Shown: piece by piece, positions 60,104 to 64,000 of the stretch
Layout: every line of letters begins with the position of its first letter
Position numbering within the stretch: position 1 is the stretch's first letter
From: an uncultured Candidatus Saccharibacteria bacterium
GTDB lineage: Bacteria > Patescibacteriota > Minisyncoccia > Minisyncoccales > UBA10102
NCBI GenBank assembly: GCA_964479725.1
Contig: CAYZNF010000004.1
Location: 12,002 to 76,001, forward strand
DNA length: 64,000 bases
Direction of reading: 5' to 3'
Made by a program: the position numbers and the translations under genes
Notes under the pieces: model-generated
Databases searched by the model: none
The model's input: the letters and a program-made list of their open reading frames with translations, nothing else
What the model was told of the DNA's origin: nothing

Positions 60104-61906
60104 ATGATACGGCAGGAAATTGAACAATTAATAAGGGAGGCAATCGAGGAGCTTAAGAAAGAAGACAAGCTGGGGGATTTAACCATTGGCGAAATTCCTC
60201 TCGAGCATCCAGAAAAAGAAGAGCATGGCGACTATGCCACCCCTATTGCTTTGCAATTGGCAAAACAGCTCGGCAAAAATCCCCGTGAAATCGCTGATCT
60301 TATTATTTCGAAATTCGAAATTAGAAATTTGGAATTCCTCGATGGAATCAAAGCGGAGGGTCCTGGTTTCATCAACTTCTATATAGCAAAAGATTATTTG
60401 CTTTCAGAATTGGCCAGGGTTTCAGAAGAAAGAGAGCGCTTTGGTAAAAACCTTTCCTTGAAAGGAAAGAAAATGATGGTTGAATATGCTCATCCCAATA
60501 CCCACAAAGAAATGCATATTGGCCATATGAGAACCTTAATCACGGGAGAGGCATTGGCCCGCATTTTTTCTTTTTGCGGAGCAAAAGTTTTTCGTGCGAA
60601 TTATCAGGGAGATATTGGCCCGCACGTGGTAAAAGCAATTTGGGGAACGCAAAAAATTTTGGGGGAAAGGAAACTGACTTTTGCGAAAGTAGAAAAGTTG
60701 AGCCTGATTGAAAAGGCGCATCTGCTGGGTGAGGGCTATGTTCGGGGCAACCAAGAGTATGAGGCCAATAAACCAGAAATTGATGCCCTCAACGCAAGGC
60801 TGTACAAAAAAGAAAGGACAGTAATGCCTTTGTACTATAAGACGCGCCAGTGGAGTTTGAAATATTATGATGTCATTTACAAACGCTTTGATGCTAAATT
60901 CAACAAGCTATATTTTGAAAGCCAAGTGGCAAAACTTGGCGAGCAAATTGTACTGAAAAATATTGGAAAAGTGTTTGAGCAAAGTGAGGGCGCAATAATT
61001 TTTGACGGCGAGAAACACGGTCTTCATAAACGCGTCTTTATTACCCGTGATGGAAATCCAACCTATGAAGGAAAAGAGATGGGGCTGGCTTTTACTCAAT
61101 ACAAGGATTTCCCCTTTGACTTGAATTGCCACGTGGTGGCAAATGAGCAAACGGGGTATTTTAAGGTGGTGTTTAAGGCGTTAGAGCTAGTAAGCAAAAA
61201 GTTCAAGGGTAAAGAATATCATTTGCCTATGGGCATGGTGCAATTGGTAGGAAAAAAAATGTCTTCAAGGACAGGGGTTGTGATAACGGTTGACGGCCTG
61301 CTCGACGATGTGAAGGCATTGCTGCTGCCCCTTATTAAAAGTGAAGCTCTTACCAAAAAACAAGTTGATGAAATAGCTAGTGTTGGTACGATTGCTGCTG
61401 TGAAATATTCGGTGCTCAAGAATGATACACGATCGAATGTTGCTTTTGATATGGCAAAGTCAGTGAGCCTCGATGGAGATTCGGGTCCGTATCTGCAGTA
61501 TACATACGCGAGATGCCGGAGTATCTTGCGAAAAGCACGAATTGCAAAAAACAAATTGCGAATCGCACCCAACAGTCAACCCCTCGACCAAGCTCGGGAC
61601 AAGCCCTTCGACTCGACTCAGGGCAAGCAATCAGCAATCAGCAATGAGGAGATTGCTGTTCTAAGGTGGCTCTATCGATTTCCTGAAGTTGTGCAGGAGG
61701 CGGGAGAAAAGTTTTCTCCGAATTTGGTTTGCAATTTTGTATTCGAATTAGCCCAGCGCTACAATTATTTTTACAATATTCATTCTGTGCTTCAGGCAGA
61801 AACAGAAGAGCAAAAACAATTCCGTCTTTTACTCACCTCTGCCACTGCTCAAACCATCAAAAACTCTCTCAATCTTTTAGGCATTAAAGCCCCAGAAAAG
61901 ATGTAG
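60104..61906 (+). CDS. argS: Arginine--tRNA ligase (600 aa) with a low-complexity insert before the anticodon-binding domain
   Basis: EHPEKEEHGDYATPIALQLAK, VEYAHPNTHKEMHIGHMR (HIGH region), YLQYTYARCRSILRKA, and the C-terminal DALR-type helix bundle. I chose the start at MIRQEIEQL. Confidence 0.85.
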   Translation: MIRQEIEQLIREAIEELKKEDKLGDLTIGEIPLEHPEKEEHGDYATPIALQLAKQLGKNPREIADLIISKFEIRNLEFLDGIKAEGPGFINFYIAKDYLLSELARVSEERERFGKNLSLKGKKMMVEYAHPNTHKEMHIGHMRTLITGEALARIFSFCGAKVFRANYQGDIGPHVVKAIWGTQKILGERKLTFAKVEKLSLIEKAHLLGEGYVRGNQEYEANKPEIDALNARLYKKERTVMPLYYKTRQWSLKYYDVIYKRFDAKFNKLYFESQVAKLGEQIVLKNIGKVFEQSEGAIIFDGEKHGLHKRVFITRDGNPTYEGKEMGLAFTQYKDFPFDLNCHVVANEQTGYFKVVFKALELVSKKFKGKEYHLPMGMVQLVGKKMSSRTGVVITVDGLLDDVKALLLPLIKSEALTKKQVDEIASVGTIAAVKYSVLKNDTRSNVAFDMAKSVSLDGDSGPYLQYTYARCRSILRKARIAKNKLRIAPNSQPLDQARDKPFDSTQGKQSAISNEEIAVLRWLYRFPEVVQEAGEKFSPNLVCNFVFELAQRYNYFYNIHSVLQAETEEQKQFRLLLTSATAQTIKNSLNLLGIKAPEKM

Positions 61907-61907
61907 A

Positions 61908-61936
61908 TTGACTATGGCGAGTATTCTTTGTATAAG
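61908..61936 (+). promoter_or_regulatory. Promoter of the 70-aa membrane-protein cassette, overlapped by a 10-bp inverted repeat
   Basis: TTGACT-atggcgagtattctttg(17)-TATAAG. The inverted repeat gagtattctt (61919-61928) / aagaatactc (61943-61952) brackets the -10. GGAGG lies 6 nt before the ATG. Confidence 0.5.
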
Positions 61937-61970
61937 AGAATGAAGAATACTCGGGCTACGGAGGGAAACG

Positions 61971-62183
61971 ATGGACTTTGTTGCGTTCCTGGCTCTAGCA
62001 GGTCTTTTGATGGTTCTTGCAGGTATTACTCTATTCTGGAGCAGGGAGGGGCAAACCAATAGCCCGCGCCTGCATTCACTAGGCGCCTGGCTGGGCGCAA
62101 TGGGTATTTGGATGTACTTAGTCGCAATATTGGATTTGTTGACAGCCATCTTGGAAAGACTCGATCGCTTACCCGTATCATAA
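61971..62183 (+). CDS. Hypothetical two-TM miniprotein (70 aa), GC-shifted cassette
   Basis: MDFVAFLALAGLLMVLAGITLFW...LGAWLGAMGIWMYLVAILDLLTAIL. GC is 55% in 62001-62100. It has its own promoter, SD and terminator. Confidence 0.55.
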   Translation: MDFVAFLALAGLLMVLAGITLFWSREGQTNSPRLHSLGAWLGAMGIWMYLVAILDLLTAILERLDRLPVS

Positions 62184-62210
62184 GCGGGAAGCGCTCTGAA
62201 AAACGTGAAG

Positions 62211-62245
62211 CGCCAGGGGTGTAATGCTCCTGGCGTTGTTTTTTT
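62211..62245 (+). terminator. Rho-independent terminator
   Basis: cgccagg-ggtgtaatgct-cctggcg-ttgttttttt. Confidence 0.6.
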
Positions 62246-62268
62246 AGACTTCTTCTGAACGAAGTAAT

Positions 62269-62307
62269 AACTACGAAATCTTGCATATGCAGTAAATCGT
62301 AGTAGTA
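62269..62307. repeat. Palindromic element with a GCATATGC core (left copy)
   Basis: aactacgaaatcttGCATATGCagtaaatcgtagtagta. The arms actacga/tcgtagt can pair. Confidence 0.55.
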
Positions 62308-62314
62308 TGGATTT

Positions 62315-62887
62315 GTGAGTAAGTACAAATATTATTTGAAGAAACCTAAATCTGAAATTACCAAAGATATCCTTATATGGATTATGGCAGGAGGGTTGAT
62401 CGCGATTGCGGCTACTTCCCCCTATTTTGGCACCAACCTTGTGAGAGAATTTCGAAAGCGTAAACATTACGATAGAAAGAAAGTATATGATACATTCTTC
62501 AGACTGCAACGACAGGGATATCTTCAGATTACGAAGCGCAATCGCCAGATTTATATTTCTCTTACCGAGGAAGGCAGAAAGAAAGCGGGAAGGTTTCAGA
62601 TTAATTCTTTAGAAATCCATAAGCCAAAACACTGGGATGGAAAATGGAGGATTGTATTGTTTGATATCGAAAATTCAAAAGACATCAAGAGAGAGGCTTT
62701 GCGCGGAAAATTGAAGGAGTTAGGTTTTTACCTTTACCAAAAGAGCGTATGGATACACCCCTTTGAGTGCAATGATGAGGCAGAGCTTTTAAAAGAGTTT
62801 TTCGGTCTTACCGATAGCGAAATTTGTCTTATTGTTGCTGAAAGAATCTCAAACGAGAAGGTGGTCAAGGATTACTTCGGGCTATAA
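62315..62887 (+). CDS. PaaX-like / Cas2-fold regulatory-domain protein with an N-terminal TM segment (190 aa)
   Basis: ILIWIMAGGLIAIAATSP (TM), wHTH-like VYDTFFRLQRQGYLQITKRNRQIYISLTEEGRKKA, then WDGKWRIVLFDIENSKDIKREALRGKLKELGFYLYQKSVWIHPF, the PaaX central-domain pattern. GTG start. Confidence 0.5.
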   Translation: MSKYKYYLKKPKSEITKDILIWIMAGGLIAIAATSPYFGTNLVREFRKRKHYDRKKVYDTFFRLQRQGYLQITKRNRQIYISLTEEGRKKAGRFQINSLEIHKPKHWDGKWRIVLFDIENSKDIKREALRGKLKELGFYLYQKSVWIHPFECNDEAELLKEFFGLTDSEICLIVAERISNEKVVKDYFGL

Positions 62888-62898
62888 TTTTAAACGCG

Positions 62899-62937
62899 AC
62901 TACTACGAAAATATGCATATGCGGTTTTTAGTAGTAC
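62899..62937. repeat. Palindromic element with a GCATATGC core (right copy)
   Basis: actactacgaaaatatGCATATGCggtttttagtagtac, related to 62269-62307. Confidence 0.55.
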
Positions 62938-62975
62938 TTTAGTTAAAAGCTGGCGATTGAAAATATAGGGGGAAA

Positions 62976-64000
62976 ATGGTAATGTTGAGAATAAATATGG
63001 AAGCGAATTTCCCCAAATTTGAAGAGAAAGTTTTGAAGCAGTGGCGTGCATCGCAAGCTTTTGAAAAGTCGGTTGAGCGGAGAAAAAATGGACCGCGGTT
63101 CGTATTTTATGAAGGCCCGCCCACAGCCAACGGAAAGCCTGGTATACACCACGTGCTGGCCCGTTCGTTTAAGGATATTGTTCTGCGCTACAAAACTATG
63201 CGCGGATTTTTTGTTGAAAGAAGAGGCGGATGGGATACCCATGGCCTTCCTGTTGAATTGCAAGTTGAAAAACGGCTTGGGCTTCAATCCAAGCGCGATA
63301 TTGAAAAATACGGCATAGCCAAGTTCAATAAGGAGTGCAAAAAATCCGTTTGGATGTATTTGCAGGAATGGGAAAGCCTAACCGACCGTATCGGATTCTG
63401 GATAGATCTTGAAAAATCATATATTACCTATGAACCTTCCTATATGGAAAGTTTGTGGGCGATTATAAAGAAGTTCTGGGAAAAGGGTTTGCTTTACAAA
63501 GATTACAAAGTAGTACCCTATTGCCCTCGCTGTGGCACCGCCCTTTCATCCCATGAATTAGCGCAAGGGTATAAAACCGTAAAAGATCCTGCGGTATATG
63601 TGAAATTTCAGATTCGAAAGGAGGATCTTCCCAAACTATCAACTACAAACTGCCAATTGCCAGCTGCCTCCATTTTGGCTTGGACCACAACTCCGTGGAC
63701 ATTACCCTCAAATATTGCCCTAGCAGTAAAGGAGGATATTGAGTATTCTCTGGTTAAGGCGGGCGAAGAATACTATATACTCGCAACCGATAGGGTTAAA
63801 GCAGTATTTGGCGAAAAGTTCGAAAGTGTAAAAACTTTCAAAGGGAAGGATCTTTTAGGCATCCGATACGCCCCTTTATATGAATTTGATAAGGCGGAAG
63901 CGGGAAAGAAGATTTGGGAGGTGATTCCAGCCGATTTTGTTACCACAGAAGACGGAACAGGAGTTGTGCATACCGCCGTAGCTTATGGCGTAGACGATTT
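62976..64000 (+). CDS. ileS: Isoleucine--tRNA ligase, N-terminal part (runs off the window; not in the ORF track)
   Basis: Manual translation gives ...MEANFPKFEEKVLKQWRASQAFEKSVERRKNGPRFVFYEGPPTANGKPGIHHVLARSFKDIVLRYKTMRGFFVERRGGWDTHGLPVE... (HIGH region PTANGKPGIHHV), then CPRCGTALSSHE. An alternative start lies at 62997. Confidence 0.85.
   Translation, partial: MVMLRINMEANFPKFEEKVLKQWRASQAFEKSVERRKNGPRFVFYEGPPTANGKPGIHHVLARSFKDIVLRYKTMRGFFVERRGGWDTHGLPVELQVEKRLGLQSKRDIEKYGIAKFNKECKKSVWMYLQEWESLTDRIGFWIDLEKSYITYEPSYMESLWAIIKKFWEKGLLYKDYKVVPYCPRCGTALSSHELAQGYKTVKDPAVYVKFQIRKEDLPKLSTTNCQLPAASILAWTTTPWTLPSNIALAVKEDIEYSLVKAGEEYYILATDRVKAVFGEKFESVKTFKGKDLLGIRYAPLYEFDKAEAGKKIWEVIPADFVTTEDGTGVVHTAVAYGVDD

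Noticed and set aside
61877-62509. 210-aa ORF on the - strand
   Set aside because: It would run through the argS end, a complete + strand minicassette (promoter, ORF, terminator) and the start of the PaaX-like gene. The + strand features are much better supported.

Overview
This 64-kb window is a bacterial chromosome segment with a backbone of about 43-44% GC (hand counts of 100-nt samples). I read the gene content as Patescibacteria/CPR-like, which is an inference. It spans the replication origin: jag-yidC-rnpA-rpmH on the minus strand face dnaA-dnaN. Most of the window is densely packed housekeeping: ruvC-yebC-ruvB, ruvA, uvrB, polA, holA, PolX, an EndoQ-like gene, tyrS, argS, ileS (3' end off the window), infC-rpmI-rplT, rpsT, tmRNA plus smpB, greA, PBP1A, a Mur ligase, tsaE and one tRNA-Arg(CCG). 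I saw no rRNA genes and no CRISPR array. Five things stand out. (1) A T4SS-like gene set (VirB6-like, PrgI/VirB3-like, VirB4, T4SS-pilin-like) lies on one side of oriC, and a VirD4/TraD-like coupling ATPase lies on the other. (2) The VirB4 gene is cut into two same-frame ORFs by a 492-nt (164 x 3) cassette. The cassette has ~36-nt inverted repeats and carries a GxxExxY / PD-(D/E)XK-type ORF. Its left end supplies the TGA and its right end supplies the ATG. A solo copy of the repeat, including ATGAAACT, forms the start of the EndoQ-like gene 46 kb away. (3) A GIY-YIG minigene is flanked by 35/36-nt direct repeats of the 5' half of tRNA-Arg. (4) At least six GC-shifted cassettes (52-63% GC) are scattered through the backbone. 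Each is self-contained, with a TTGAC(A/T)-N16/17 promoter, a strong SD and a hairpin terminator. (5) A six-gene signalling operon contains HAMP-only and PAS-only proteins that end in the same coiled-coil motif, a FIST protein, a 3xGAF-PAS histidine kinase and two receiver-only regulators. Several structured or palindromic intergenic elements remain unassigned. All family calls come from motif recognition by eye, with no searches run.
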